From: Catajapyx aquilonaris
Lineage: Eukaryota
Assembly: GCA_000934665.2 (NCBI GenBank)
Contig: KZ538106.1
Location: forward strand, 62,001 to 126,000
Reading direction: 5' to 3'
DNA: 64,000 nucleotides
In this document: positions 12,015 to 26,362 of the stretch, piece by piece
How the letters are laid out: each line of letters opens with the position of its first letter
How positions within the stretch are numbered: the first letter of the stretch is position 1
The notes under the pieces: model-generated
Database searches by the model: none
What the model was told of the DNA's origin: nothing
What the model saw: only the letters and a program-made list of their open reading frames with translations
Translations under genes and position numbers: made by a program

Positions 12015-13586
12015 TAAACCAAAAATACGTAAGCATATAATTATGAAGAGGTAGCCTGATGTATCACCAGGAAGTTGGAATAAGACGCGGCTTATTGCAA
12101 TTAGCTTATTTAAGCGACTGGCAAGTAAGATAAATGGGGCTAATGGGAAATTTCCAACGCGGATGGGGAGGGCTTTTTCATGGCAAGTGCACGGGTGTCG
12201 TATAACCTTATAATATTGGAAAATCTCATCCCTCGGGGCGGAAAAACAAAAGAGGCGCCTGGAATCCTAAGATAGACAGAAACTTTCCCCCTTTTTCCAG
12301 GTTTCCAAGACATTATAATAACCGAACGCCACCATAATGATTTCAAAAGTATGAGTCGCTTTTTCATGGATCGCGAAAACTTCCCCCGCGGACTGTTTTT
12401 AAGTGCATATTTCTGGAAGGATGTTTCTAAGCCATCTCACGGATTTTTTTTTTCTGTGAGTGTCCTCGATCCTTCTCCCTCTGTCGCCAAGCTTGAAACA
12501 AAAGGAATCTTATCCTAGATTGAAATCTCCGATCGATAGGTTCTATCTCCGGTTGTGACGCTGCTCTTTTTCCCATCCCCTATACCCCCCTGGCAACAGA
12601 ATAAAACGACCTTTGTCATCTCAAGTCCTATCACACGCTTTAAGACACTGAATCAATCTCCAATTCACCACCTGTGCGTACAGTTTAAAAATTTTCAAGT
12701 CACTTGCATATAGGCTTACCCCCCAAAAAATGTGCCGCCCCCTCTATTGAATTGAGTGGCAGGCAGCATTCCAACAGAGGGCGCTTCCCCGTCACAAAGA
12801 CAAACAATCGGGGGCTTCTTCCTTGACCACTTTGGCTAAGCACACCTCTCCTGCTGCACCTGAGCTCTCCAAACCAACCAAACACCTGCGTAATATGTGG
12901 AAGCCACGCTGTCTCGACCCTTAACACATGTGGACAAAATGGTATGAAAAATTACCCAAAAAAAATGACCTGAAATTTTCGCCTGAGAAAATTAGGCGAT
13001 ACCAGCTGCCTTTTAGAATTAAGCGAACCGGTCTGAGCAATGCACGGTTGAAGATAAAATAATTCAGCGAAGAACCGACCTGGAGGGTTACACACACAAA
13101 AAAAGACGATGTAAAATTTTCGAAATGGAGCTCTCTACCTCTCTCTGGATTCTCTCCATCACTCACGCGAGGCGCGTGCGAAAAGCAAACATTGATCCAC
13201 CCAATTTGCTGCTCGCGAAACAAATGACGGGAATGAAATTATGGCTTGGAAATGGATTTGCTCCCATGTGAAGCAAACATGTGTGATTGGTGGGTGGCGA
13301 TGGGTTAGGTTCTAGTGGAATATTATACATGTGGTATAGGTGGGTGGGGTGGGCACAGCAGGTGCCCACCCATCTCACGGCCGATGTACAATATCATCGG
13401 AATCTGTCGCCATCAGGGCCATTCCGCCGAATAATATGAATTATCATCTCCGGAACCATGTCTTCAGGCCATTCCAAGCTTCAGTGTTGAAGCACGTGGA
13501 ATAACAACGCATTTGGGTATTTGGTGTCGGCGGCAGCTGCCCTGCCATTATTCTTGCACATTGATGGGATCTACTCCCTGTGCGCA

Positions 13587-13649
13587 CAGGGTGAGTCAGA
13601 AATCCCGACATTTTCTGGAAATGGCAACACGCCGTTTTGACTCACCCTG
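13587..13649. mobile_element. Tiny Tc1/mariner-type MITE remnant
   Basis: 12-bp terminal inverted repeats CAGGGTGAGTCA ... TGACTCACCCTG. TA on the right flank, CA (decayed TA) on the left. Confidence 0.6.
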
Positions 13650-16600
13650 TAGATGCAATTTGCGCGATTATTGCGACCCTGAGAGGCAGCAGGAGGCATG
13701 GGCAGTTTTCTGTGGGTGTGTGTGGTTGTACAATGGTCAGTGGCCGTAATCCGGCCTAAGAAGAGCGTGGGGCTGCGATTAGACGGTGCTAGTCGGTGTT
13801 GGTGTGTTGAGAGAAAACAAGGGTTAAAGGAGAAAGAGCGCCAATCCTGTTTTGAAATCAAACAAGCGGGCATAGAATTAGAGGAGGGTTGGCAGGGGAT
13901 GGGGAGAAGCGGGGAAGGGAAGCCCTCCCCATCAAGTATCCGCCGCAGTTAGAGGCTTCTGCACCACTTGAAGAGGACTGCTGATTCCAAGCAAGAGACG
14001 CGCCTCCAAAGGTAAATACAGTCCAGAGGTTTGCAGACTTGCCTTTTCCGGGTTGCCCGTTTCCTTACCATTTATTTCATCTTGAAGGCAGCAGCCTCCA
14101 GTGACTGCAGCCAACAGTCCCCCATCGGATTTCCTTAGAAGGAAGCCGCCGCCTGCAAAACGGACCAACTTGTGCCTTCTCTAATCCCTGCTGCTAAACT
14201 ACCTCTCCTGCTGGGTAGAGAGAGAGAAAAGGGGATTTAAACTGGTGGCGTGACCTTTCCTTATTCCCGGACCTGCTAACTTTATTCTCAAGAGGGCGCA
14301 ATGTACTTACCTAACTTGCGGGCTTAATACGAAATGCGGCGGAATCTGCTTCAGCTTTGTGGCAAAGGGGAAGGATCATTTTTTCCAGATTTTTTCCCTA
14401 GTTTTCTTAAGGTTTCCTTCCGTTCTGGTGCCAGAATTCATGGGTTTCCCAGACGGAGGAAGTGCAGCAGGCGGAATCCTCATCAGAAACCGACCCAAGG
14501 AAGGGTCGCTGGAAAAAAAAGAAGACAGAATAAACGTGTAGCAGACCCTTGTCAGACGGGGTCAATTTGTTCCCTTTCCGCTCCATCTCATCCCATTCAT
14601 CCGTTTACCAGTCTTACATTACAATCGGGATTCCAGAAATTCAGGCCTGAATTGTTGACAGCTGATTCACATGAGACTAGTTAGAACAGGAGGATTGTTT
14701 GGGGAAGTAGGTGGGTGGAGGTGTCAAATGCCGATTGGAGCCTGCTAATTGGACCGCGGCCTAAGTCTAAATTTATCCGAGAAGACAGGCAAGAAGCAAG
14801 CAGACTAGGAGGGTAGAATGGTAGGAAAAGGTGAAGTGTCGAGCAGCACGAGTAAGCGTGGCCTCGAGCCAGGAAGGCCGGCTATTTTCCATCCTCAATT
14901 ACCCTCTTCTCATCCCAGCAGAACCGTGTGCCCATGCATCCCCTCCTGACAAATTGTCCTAAACACATTTCCAGGCGACCTTCCCCACCTGATTTTACAC
15001 CAAGTTACCAATATATTCGGTCTGTGGAAACCATTATAGTAGGGAGTGAAAAAGTGCTGTCACCAATCAGTCAGCACACAAAAAAATGAAATGGATTCCC
15101 CAGAGGCACACATTTTTATTTTCCCATACCTGACTGACCATCATCATGTGTTGGAGTCTGTGTGTAAATCCTAGGGATCCATGCAAAATAAATCCGTCAG
15201 TCGAGGGCTGGTGAGCTAGAGCAGCAGCAGTGGTGGAGGAAAAGCTCAAAGTTGCGATCTCTTTTCCGGCATGCAAATGCAGTGTTTTGCTTGAGCCAAT
15301 ACTCGGCCGCCTAAAACCCCTCTCCGTCTGCACGCCGCAGATTGGCCTAAGACTTCTAATGAGATGGCCTCCTTTCCCACAATGCATGTCGACGGCGCCC
15401 CAGACCGAGTTTTGATTAACTTGCTGCTGCACCAGAGAGAGACCACGGGGATGGGGAGGGAGGGATGAAAAGCGGGGGAGGGTTTGGTCCCCCCCCCTCC
15501 CTCCATCCCAGCTTCCACCTACTATCCTCTATACCCCCCAAAGCTGGAAACCCGCACTGAGCTTCGATAAGCGGGCGCCGGCATTGGCATGCAGATGTGA
15601 TCCTTTTAATATTCATGCCCTGGTAATGGAGTTCCCTGTTAACTCGCCAGCGCTGGATGTGAATTAACTGCTCCATCCCTCCCTACCCCCACCCCCCCTC
15701 CCTCTCTCTGCTGCCTATTCCCTCCCTCCCCCTACCTAACTTTACTACCATAGCAACCATATAGGCCGAAGTGATTTTGCGGCAAATGTCAGGTTGGTCC
15801 ATTCCGGAGGACCATATTTTTCCACATTTTTGGGAATGATTATGCTGGAGGAAGCGGTTGTGTGTATAGTCTGACAGAGTTGGGTGGGCTGTGGGTGGGC
15901 ATATACGCGGGTCGTCCTGGAAATGTACAGGCCGTCACCAACAGGTAATAAAAAACACACCTGTCTGAGTAATTACAAAATTGCACTCGTGTTAGCTGAA
16001 TAATCAAGGGACATTCTTGGATTGATTGGTACCTTGAAATGAAGAAAAACATGGTAAGGCAATGTGGGTATATGAGCAAAGCAGCAGGAGCGAGGACGGA
16101 AGCGAGAAAGAGGAGAATATAGTGCAACGGTGACAGGCATCATCTGGAGGTGAAACAGTTCGTATTTCAAAGTGGGGCCCCCCTGTGGACTGCCATCTTG
16201 GCCGTGTCTTGCCTCTCTCTCAGATGCCTCGGTGTGAGGAGAGAGAAGCCCCAGCACCGCTGCTGCACGCTTGTCCTTCACTTGCTTGCCAGACATTTCC
16301 GACAACTCACTTTTCCTTTCATTTTGCCCCCCTCTTCCTCAAGTGCTTCCCATTTCGTCTTCTCCCCATAACATTTCTCTCCTATGCGGCCACGATATAT
16401 TCGTCTCACGAAGCTTCTTTTTCAACCCACGGATCACATCATGTTGGAGACAGTCGTTGGATAGGGGGGAATGCCATCGCATATCATTGTAAAATTTGGT
16501 GAAATGCAACCCCCCTTATACCCCATCATACAGTGTCATGTTGGCCTGAGAATGTCGCACAGTTCAATTACCTTTTCACAGCATTTCCTAACTGCGCTTC

Positions 16601-18729
16601 AGAAAGTGCAGTATTGCGTATATACAGTTCAGGCACAGTATAACACACGTGTTTTCAAAGAGAAATGCCAAGGAGTGTCAAAGCTCAAATTGCTGCACTT
16701 TTGCTATATTGAGCATGGGGCCAGTGCAGCCTACTGTCTTCAAATAGAATGGTGCACTTTCTGTTTGTTTTTGAAACGAGCCAAACAGACAAGAGCAAAT
16801 CCTGCTGTGCTTTGTCACCCCCACCAGTTTATTCTAAATGAAAAGGCATCCCGTTGGCTTGTTCCAATCCCGACCAGCAGTTTGACAGTTCGGAAAACGT
16901 GACGTCCAATATGAAGGTTACGTTGTCAGAAAGAATTCCAGCATTGAGCAGCATACAGTAAAGGTGAGGGGGGGAAATCGGATTTGCAGGAGGAAGAGGC
17001 GTGCTTGCATTTGTGTGGCCATCACCCATCACATGAAGAAGAAGAAGAAGACGCAGACCACAAAAGGCACGTAATCCACTCCAACACGGAGGGATCCATA
17101 CCCCCAATTATCCCACCTGAATTCCTGGCATTTCCCACCTTCAAAGAGGCATAAAGGACCACTTGTTTCCTATACGGGTTATCACCTCGCCGTTAGCTGT
17201 GCGGCCTTTCATCGCCTGTCAACTTGGCCCATGGGGTCGAGCTGAGGCTGCCTTGTCCATGTCACCGCAGTGACAACTACTTGGATGGACCTTTTCATTC
17301 TTCCAACACTCCTCCCACTTCCCCTCCAACATACGCATGTGCACCACACATAACAGCTGATCAATGTTGAGGAACACACTCAGAGCAAAGTCTCGTAGCA
17401 TTGGAAAAAAATATGGTTGTAGCCTACGTATGTGGGTCCCACTTCCAATACATTTTGAGCGAAATATTGTTTCGACAAAAAGGAATCCCAAAAGTATAAG
17501 TGACGCAGAGGAAGAATGGTATACCCCTGAGGGCACGGATAAAGTGAAAGGTATGAAAAGGGGCCGGGAATATTTAGATAGGCCGAGGGGCATCAACGCA
17601 GAGGGTCTGACTGACCTGTGCAGTACCATCAAAGCCCTGAGGATGAGGGTTGCAGCTGGATGGATGGATGGATAGAAGAGAGTGTGATGGAAAAAGCCCC
17701 CACTCACCATCACCGGCACATCACTATTGCTGCTGGAGGACCTGCGAAAGGACCAAGCAGCGGTCGGCGATGAACCAGCAGGCTGCACCACACAATCTGG
17801 TGCTGCGATGATGTCCCCCCCCCCCCTTTCCAATCCACAACAAAAGGACCCCCCAACCTCCACTGACATAATATTTTTCTTGGCCCTAATTCCTAACACC
17901 TGAGTCTCCGATGCCAATTAACACTTTGGCCTCGATTGACACTTGTTTTGATTGCGTCCCAAGTGATGAGACGCAGGTTCCAGGTAAATGACTGCGCTAC
18001 AAGTCCCGCACTTTTGAGTCTGGAGACTGAGATGGCACCGCCACATTGTTGCCATTCCTATAGTCAGTACACCTTACAACGTTAAATAAAAGCATGCGGA
18101 GAGTTTATGTATATTGTACTCATTACTTCCCGTCACCGATGTAATGGTAAGTAATTTTTTTTCAAGTCCAGTGCGTGACTTTAAAATGCTGTATACGAAC
18201 TATACGTATCTCAATTACGATTCATTTGAAAACATTTCGCAAGTGATTTGAATAATAATATTGATAGTCAGTTACACAAACGTGTCTAGATTACACAGCG
18301 CCTGGAACTTCACTTTCTGTAGCACATATCCTTATAATTAATATATTGTAGTCTTAAGGATTTATGCATAAATTATAGCTTATGAGCCACTACTCATCTG
18401 TACACTAGTATACCTAGGCCTATACAAATGAGTAGTGGCTTCAGCACTTATATGCTCTTTCCTCACTCGAAAACATTTGAAGTGGCCAGCAGCATTGACT
18501 TCAGGTGTCGTATTACCTCTCAGAAAAATAGAAGGGCGTAATATAAGTGTATTGGACACATCCATAGTATAGTCTGAGGAGTGGGCAGCAGTATAATATG
18601 ATGTGGTAAGGCCTTGGGGGACTCAATTAAGAGGATCTGAGGTTCTTCAATGAATCGATGAGAAGGGTAAGTAGGCGTGAAGGCAAAACAAAGCCTGGAG
18701 CCCACAAACAAGGCTCCTGGTCTAATTTC

Positions 18730-18768
18730 GGAGGAGGAGGAGGAGGAGGAGGAGGAGGAGGAGGAGGA
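18730..18768. repeat. (GAG)n microsatellite, about 12 units
   Basis: Visible directly. It accounts for the poly-E tract in the spurious ORF 18677-19027. Confidence 0.9.
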
Positions 18769-19138
18769 CGGATTTCTGCGGGTCAGTATAATAGCAGCAG
18801 AAGCAGTTCAGCGAAAGGCAGAGTCTAATAAGAGCGTCACCATACTGCTATACACGCATTCTCTGAGTCCCCGCCAAGATATGCATCAGCAAACCTCTTC
18901 CTGTTTGACACTGCACCCGCCAATTGCCGGCTGCAAAGCGATTTCGAAACATTGTTGTCCAAGGGCTCCAGAATTTGTCACGTCTGCCAATCATTATTCT
19001 ATGTACGTTTTTTATGCCATTCGTTAGTTACTCTGATATCTTGTCATTAAACACAGGTTTATTCACCCAACCCCTCCATAAGGTTAAAATTCCACTGGTC
19101 CTTTGCCGCTCATGAACCTGAAAACAGCAAGTTTCCTG

Positions 19139-19519
19139 TAAGGGTGGTGACGAATTTGTCTGCCAAAATGATGCCAGATGATTGTAGGTAGCTAGTGCGT
19201 ATAAGCGTGGCTGCATGCTGGGTCCGAAAGGTCGGCGACGATCCATCTGGATATGTCCACCGTTGACATCGACTACGTATGTCCATCCTGACACGTATGG
19301 AAACCCCCGCACATTCCTGCATTGCTGGTTGCCGGTTCCTGGCGCTCGCACCCGGCATCCAGCAATGCAGAGGTGCACTGGGGTATCCATACTTGTCAGG
19401 ATAAACATAGTCGACGTCGACGTCGTCGCCAGCCTTTCGGGCCCATACCAGTGCTTCTTCCATGCTCACCCGCTACCACCCGTATCATTTTGGCAGAGGA
19501 ATTCGTGACCCACCCTGTA
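19139..19519. mobile_element. Foldback (almost fully palindromic) non-autonomous Tc1/mariner-like element
   Basis: Ends TA-AGGGTGGTGACGAATTTGTCTGCCAAAATGAT ... ATCATTTTGGCAGAGGAATTCGTGACCCACCCTG-TA. Internal arms also pair, for example CTGCATTGCTGGTTGCCGG with CCGGCATCCAGCAATGCAG. Confidence 0.8.
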
Positions 19520-19689
19520 TAAAACCGGAGAAATATCGTATGTCACCATAATAATATTCCGGCTATAGTTTTCCTGGCGGTTACACGGCAAAAAGTATTT
19601 CACCTTTTTTGACCTTTAAGATAAATAAGATATGCCCAGTTTTCTGTCGGGAACCAACATTTAAATGATGCACATGATTAAAATATTAA

Positions 19690-19772
19690 CAGTGAAACCT
19701 CGACATATCGCTCCCGCATATAACGCTACTTTTGGGCGATCCCTTGAAAAGCGTTACATCGAGGTTTTACTG
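19690..19772. mobile_element. pogo/Tigger-like MITE
   Basis: Inverted ends CAGTGAAACCTCGA ... TCGAGGTTTTACTG, followed by TA. Confidence 0.6.
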
Positions 19773-19935
19773 TAACTGCCATGAAATGTTATGCCGTCAC
19801 TTGTTTTAAATGCGTCGACGACTCCCCGCGTGACTATTCGCAAAGTTCTGTATTGACAAATACGTTACATGCAGTGCCATGAAACTATATTTTTATACGA
19901 TACAAAATAATATACCGTATACGATATTTTAGTAA

Positions 19936-20070
19936 GGCCGGGTTGCACCGACTCCCGGAATTTATCCGGCCAGGATAGGTTGTTATTCATTGTTGTCAAC
20001 AATGCCTTCAACAATGAATAACAAACTATCCTGGCCGGATAAATTTTCCGGGAGTCGGTGCAACCCGGCC
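19936..20070. mobile_element. PIF/Harbinger (Tourist-like) palindromic MITE with TAA target-site duplication
   Basis: Near-perfect inverted arms of about 60 bp starting GGCCGGGTTGCACCGACTCCCGGAA. TAA at 19933-19935 and 20071-20073. Confidence 0.85.
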
Positions 20071-23000
20071 TAAGTGGTCTACAGGTGATGATGAAATAAA
20101 CACATATGATTGTTTCCTCAGTCGCACATGAATATAAAATGTACAAATATTTTACTTAAGTTGTTAGATGCAGTCAGTACCCAGTGATCAGCTGTTGGGA
20201 AATGCATAAGTAAGCGTGTATACGATACATACCTACTCGTTATTTTAAATAAAAATATTGCATTTAAAAATCCAACCCCTATTTTTATTGCCGTACAATA
20301 CTGTATTATTATCGCCATCTTATTTTATTGTTAATTCTTTTGTTGGTGAGTTGATGGTATAAATCGTAAATTATTATCTGAAAATTCTAATTGTAGCTAT
20401 TTGTGTATGTTAATAAACGTGAGTTATATTACACAAACATGTGTTTCACTTATTCGCGGGGGTATAAAACCAATTTCCCGCGGATAAAGGAAGCGGACTG
20501 CGTATACACGACAATGGAGGGCTAAGTCCCGGATATGGTTTATATCCGGGTTTTCTTTGTTGGGTAGTGAGTTGTTATCTAACAACAAAATTAATGTAAC
20601 AAATTTTAAATATGCAAAATATTTATATTGTTTAAAATTTGGCTAATAAAGATAGTTGATGCCAAAGATGACGAACTATAGCTCCCAATTTGATGCATTG
20701 TAGGCTACAGTATAAAATGCAGGCTAATCTATATACACTCACGAGTTTCGGAGACTTGATTTAAGATAGATGAGTATCAGATAATATAATTATACTGTAT
20801 AATGATTATATGGCATATAGGAGAGGTTTGGGACGTTTCTTTAAACTCTACAATGATGCCGTTAATTTGACAGTCTGGAAGAATTCCCTCGGTGGGAATA
20901 ATATTAAGCCGATTGATTCTCCATATACTTCGTGTATAATAATGCTGGTTTTGTGAGGTTTTTCTACTCCATCTTAACTATTTTGTAAAACCTACCAACA
21001 TCGCCAACATATTTTTAGAAGTCAGAGACTTACTGCCAATTTCACAGAACTTCGGGAGCATCAGCTGATGACCGAGTGGATTCACAGTTCACACTCATGT
21101 GTCATGTCACCTATATTACATCTGTATACACTTGGGGAGTCCATGCATAAGAGAATTATTGCTGCCCACAGACAATACCTTGCCTGTGTTGCTGCTGCGA
21201 TTAGATCAAGGGGGAAAATATGGCGATATTAGGTACGTCTAATCTTTTGTCCGGTCTTCTTTTGTTTTGTGCGCGGTCATTTTTCTAGATGCCGGCGGAA
21301 GCAGAGCCCAGAATAATGGGGAACTCTCTGATTTTGTTTAAAAATACTGTAGTTTCCAAAGCATCTAATAATTTCAGCTTTATGCCATTTTTATTGACAT
21401 TAAAAATATACACCTTACTTGCACCAGAAATGATCTTCGGCTACAGTTTGAGGTTATATACGTATAATTTATTACTCGTTCTACTCGTATAATTAAGTGA
21501 AAATGGTCCTTTCGTAAGTTTTCAAGTTTTAAACTTCCTCTAAAAATGCACCCGGCGCGACGTATACAAACGTGATTGCGTTACGTCCAACATGCTAAAC
21601 AAAATACGTAACTCTACATCAACTGATATAGCATAATTATCGCATGTTTATTTTTGAAATACTACCCACATTAAAATTTATTGTAAAAAGACTGAAAATA
21701 ACATTCCATATTTATCTTTGCAATGAAATTAATTATCAGTGCTGGTGTAAGTTACTATAATATAAATAGTCATTTTTCCAGATGCGAATATTGAGTTTTA
21801 CGTCGTATAATCAGCCAGACATTATATCAATAGGCAATTTTAACGCATTCCCGCTAAAGTAAAAACATTGACCATAAAAGTTTTGCAACGAATTATTTTC
21901 CACAATAATAAACACAATCTCATGATGGCTCATGTCTGCATGCCTTTGGTTTTTCAACTGCTCATGTTCCAGGTTGGAGTGGGTGTTATTCATAGATCAA
22001 AATACTGCGAAGATACTACCACCGACGATGATGTTAGTGCATACAAAAGTTACACAAAACATATTAAATTGGGACAGCAGAAAGGAGGACTACGGTACAG
22101 TACATATACAGTATTTGCCTATATATAGTCCTGCATATGTATAGGAAGGCTGCAAATATCCATCCTGCAAAGCTTAATATTCTGAATCATAATGGAGGTG
22201 CACAAGAATTATTGCTTTGGCTTCATACCACTACGTAAGTTAGTATATACTTTTCAGTGGATATTGTTCCTGATAATGTAATTAGCAAATATGAAACTGA
22301 ATATTCGCTCCTTACATTCTCTGTGTTGCAAAAATGGTGGGAAAGTAGCAAATAAGCAACTTGACCAAATACTCCCTTCCAGCAGAATAAAATATTGATC
22401 TTGTTAGACCACAATAATATTGTTAATAAACCCTCATAAATTGTGTATAATAATACTTGTATTTTATACACCTTTTCCTGAATTCTAATTTGGACCTGAA
22501 ATTCGCGAATTTGTACAATAATTGGCATATTTACTGTCCCCATAAGGTGCTATAAACCTTTCACAGTTTTGTAATTTAATTTTAATGACCCAATGGTATA
22601 GATGATGCCTTATTTGAGAGGTGATTGAAGGATTGCGCAATACCAATCTCGTTGTACTTTTTAAATTGAGCATTACATTGAGGAATAATGAATGCGCGGA
22701 TAAACATCAGTTCCATTAAAGTTGAGCGGGTTTAGTGACCAAAATGTGATTCTAAAATTGGGCAATCAGGTACATTGCCATGAAATAATCTGAAACGCTC
22801 CTAGCTCGCGTAAATAGAAAAATTGCTCATCTGCAATTATTTCAAGGCCCATTTCGTTAAAAAATGCTAAAATCAACTGGATCCATCATTCTGGCAATAA
22901 AAAATGCTCAACTTTTCCGCCACACCAGCTGTGCATTGCTACACTCATTTTCCTAACTTATTAATTATACTGATTCCGTGCAGTTTTCAAAATTTCTCAG

Positions 23001-26000
23001 CTTACTCTCATATTCACCTCCATTGAGCGAGTACTGTATGTGCATAATTTCAATCTCACCATAAGTCAGATCTCATCACGATAATACAAATTTTAGGTTG
23101 CTGAGATGGGTGGTATACAGTACATTGTATATGAAATATTGCGGTGGGTCAGCAATGAAGGCATTACAGTCCTAATTTATTCAGAAAATTAGTGTACAAA
23201 AATAAAACTTGCTTAGTGGCCTTTAGATACTGCAGGATAATCGAAGTATTTAATATATAGACAGAAACATTTGATGAAGAGTAGCGTATAAATGCTAAGA
23301 TATGTAAATATGACTTCCACATCCTGAATCTCAATTGTAATATCAATCTCTGTATGCCCCTGATGCATATCTGCCCCATTCGAATCGCCATGTTATTTTT
23401 GTAACCAAGAACTGGTCCGTGTAACATTGTTGTAGAGCACGTAGCGTAATTTCATATGTCACTTCATTTAGGTCAATTAAATTGTAATCATGCTCCAGTG
23501 GCACTTTATTGCAAACATACCAGAACACATACAGTACATGGCACTGGCGATACATTTGCACCTTTATAATACAGCGCTGATATAACGTAACCAGCTGATA
23601 TAGTGCGCACCGTATTAACTAAATTTAAATAAAATGAATACGTCCCACCTGTTACATCAACCCCAAAATTCCGATATATCTATTGCTACTATAATTGATA
23701 ATGTTAACTATAAATTGATGCATAAATGTTCAATGCAACACGCCAGACACTGCACGCAATCAATTCGCCATTGACGTATGCAAATGAGGCACGTGGTTCG
23801 AGCCCACACTGTACTCCCCCATACAGTAGACCCGAGCAAAAATGGCAGACCTTACCTGGTAGACACGTGGCGAATTGGAACAGATGAGCGAATCCAGGGA
23901 TACCTTTGACGGATGGAAGGAGGGGGTGTGGGTGAGAAGGAAGAAGGGGGGAGGTGAAGGGGGGTGGGAGTCCCTTGGGAATAAAAGAGTCGTCGGGATG
24001 GAGCGTTGGAGCAGCGGCAGCGCCTCCTGATGTGCTGTCTCTCAAGTGGACTGGCGCCGCCGCTTCATTCCCAGCAACTCCCATCACAAAGCCCTATATG
24101 AATGCCTTTGTTTTCTTTGGGCCAGGGGGAGCTGCGCTGCTGGGAGCGGAGGGTGGGAGGGGAGGGGGAAAGGGAGGACGCCCCCACCTCTCATCACCCA
24201 CCCACCCCTCCTTTCCCCGCATGATACTTCAATATGTTTGTTCAATTTGGAGTAGTTTTTCCAGGGGGAGAGCTAATCCCTTTAGGTTCTGCGGTGGGGA
24301 GAGTCGAATTGGTAGCTGCGAGCGAGAGGAATCAGATTAGCGAAATTGCTTGGATGTGCCGCTGCAGCCCAGCAGCCTTTCCCTTTTCCATCCATCCAGC
24401 CATCCATCCATCCAACAGGCAGCACCAGGCTCTCTCTATATAACTCGGAATTCCCCCCATGGCCTTTCCTTCTACACAAGAGGAGGAGAGAGGCAGTCAA
24501 GGAAAGGATATTGAATTCTCACTTGCTTCCTGTCGCGGTCCGGGGTGCCTGGAGGGGAAAAGACGGGGAGGGGAAGGGAGGTGGGGAGAGGAAGAGGCCC
24601 CCACAATGTCAACCGAGTCGCAAACACTCAAATGTGCCAACCCAAAGTTGACCGCGTCAACACCCTTTATATAAGTTATGGGAGAAAATCCAATTGGGGT
24701 GTATATCGTAGGGTGTTTCCCTTTCCAGGTGTCACCTACAATACCATGTCTAACAGGATATGGCAAGAATTTTAATAACTCTAGTAAGAGAGCTTCAATT
24801 CTGGCAATAATTCACTTTTTCCCTCGCTATATGACTACTTTAAATTAATCGAAATTCAATTTATGTTCCTGTAATAACTTACATCTTCTATCAAAAATGT
24901 TCTCGCCACAAGTACTGTACAACCATCAGTTCTAGCTACAAGAGTGATGATAATTGCATACTGCCATCAGGACGCCTGTGGCCAATTTGAAAAACATTAG
25001 TGAGTACATTGTACCAAATTGTACTGACCTGTACTACAATCCCATCCGTAATTTTCAGAGACTTAACTGCTCATTAAGAGCTAACCGAGTACCGAGGCTT
25101 AAGTGTGTTACCAATAATATTTCTCTACTGCCAATTATTTCAAAGTGGCAGAAACCTGCAGGCAAATAAGTCATGTTTTATCCTGAGAGTCCGCAACCCA
25201 CGCCCCTCTATTACAATGCAGGAAATCGCTATTTCAGGCGCACCGACTGCATTGTCCAATCAAATTCACTAATATATTCGATTAGATTTATTACCCCGTG
25301 GTCCAGTGATGGTCCCCTCGCAGGTTAAAATTCATTAATATAACCACTAGTGCTAATTAGAGCGTGGCTACTAATTGTCCACTGTAATATTGTGCATATA
25401 CATTTTTTTCGACGTCAGTTAATTTCGACCCCTTGTCACCGTCCCCTAAAAATATACTGCATATCAGAGGTCCATCGGACTCTTCCTGGCAGCCATCCCA
25501 CATACTGCGTGGGCGTGGGGCAACAATACTCTGAGGTTCAATAACGACCCAAATGAATCTATAGGTCACCCTCCCCCCACAGACATGAGGGCCTGGCAAG
25601 ACGCCCCCCTTCACTCCACCCCCTCCTTTTAAAAAACCCCCTCCCCGCGTAAAGTGTGGTGTAAGTCCGCCATCTATGAGCAGGTGTGTCGTAGTGGGTG
25701 TGTAAAGTGTGGGCCGGGTAACTCCCTCCCCGCTATTGGTGGGCCTGTCGTGGGCGTGGCCTGGCATCATCCCTCCCTCGAATGGGGCAACTGCGCCCCG
25801 CTCCACCCAGCCTCCCTTCGCCCTCTCTTCTCCTCGCCCATCACATCCTCTCACGCATCACTCGCGCAAAGATCAACTCAAAGATTTCCTAACCTAACCT
25901 CCCCCCCTCTCCTCTTTTCTCTCCCACCTCATCCCGCCCCCACACTGCTCCTCCTCCTCCTATTCCCGAACCTCCTCCAGGTTGCTTGTTGATCTTGCGC

Positions 26001-26264
26001 CACGCTCTAATTCCACCCGTGTTTTCACTAGGCCCGCCGCTGTTTTCCCTTGTATTGTGAAGCGTGTGGTGAAAGGAAACAACCAGACTGTTTTCACTTA
26101 ATCGTTCTGTAAACTCAAAGTGTTGTGTGTGATAATAAGGTGCGCCACAACCTCCCTCCGGTCTAAACCACCCGCAATCGCAACCCCCCCTCGTGGTGTC
26201 CACCTGTGGTGACCGGCCCGCGTGCTGCACCGATTAAGTGAATTAACCCTTGGTGACTAGTGTG

Positions 26265-26309
26265 ATGGTGACACCTGCTGGTGCCTCCCCGGGGGGTGCG
26301 GCTGGTTGA
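26265..26309 (+). promoter_or_regulatory. Upstream ORF (14 aa, [14 protein letters not shown]) in the presumed FoxC leader
   Basis: gtgATGg start in strong Kozak context, TGA at 26307-26309, out of frame with FoxC. The transcription start is unknown. Confidence 0.45.
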
Positions 26310-26362
26310 GGACCCAGGGTTTCAAGCTGGAGCAAGAGCAACAGTACACGTCGGTGAGCAGC

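Noticed and set aside
17219..17917. 232-aa - strand ORF, and 200-aa ORF 38349-38951
   Set aside because: No recognisable domain, no codon bias, and simple-repeat-derived sequence in GC-rich noncoding islands.
18677..19027. ORF with poly-Glu
   Set aside because: Translation of a (GAG)n microsatellite.
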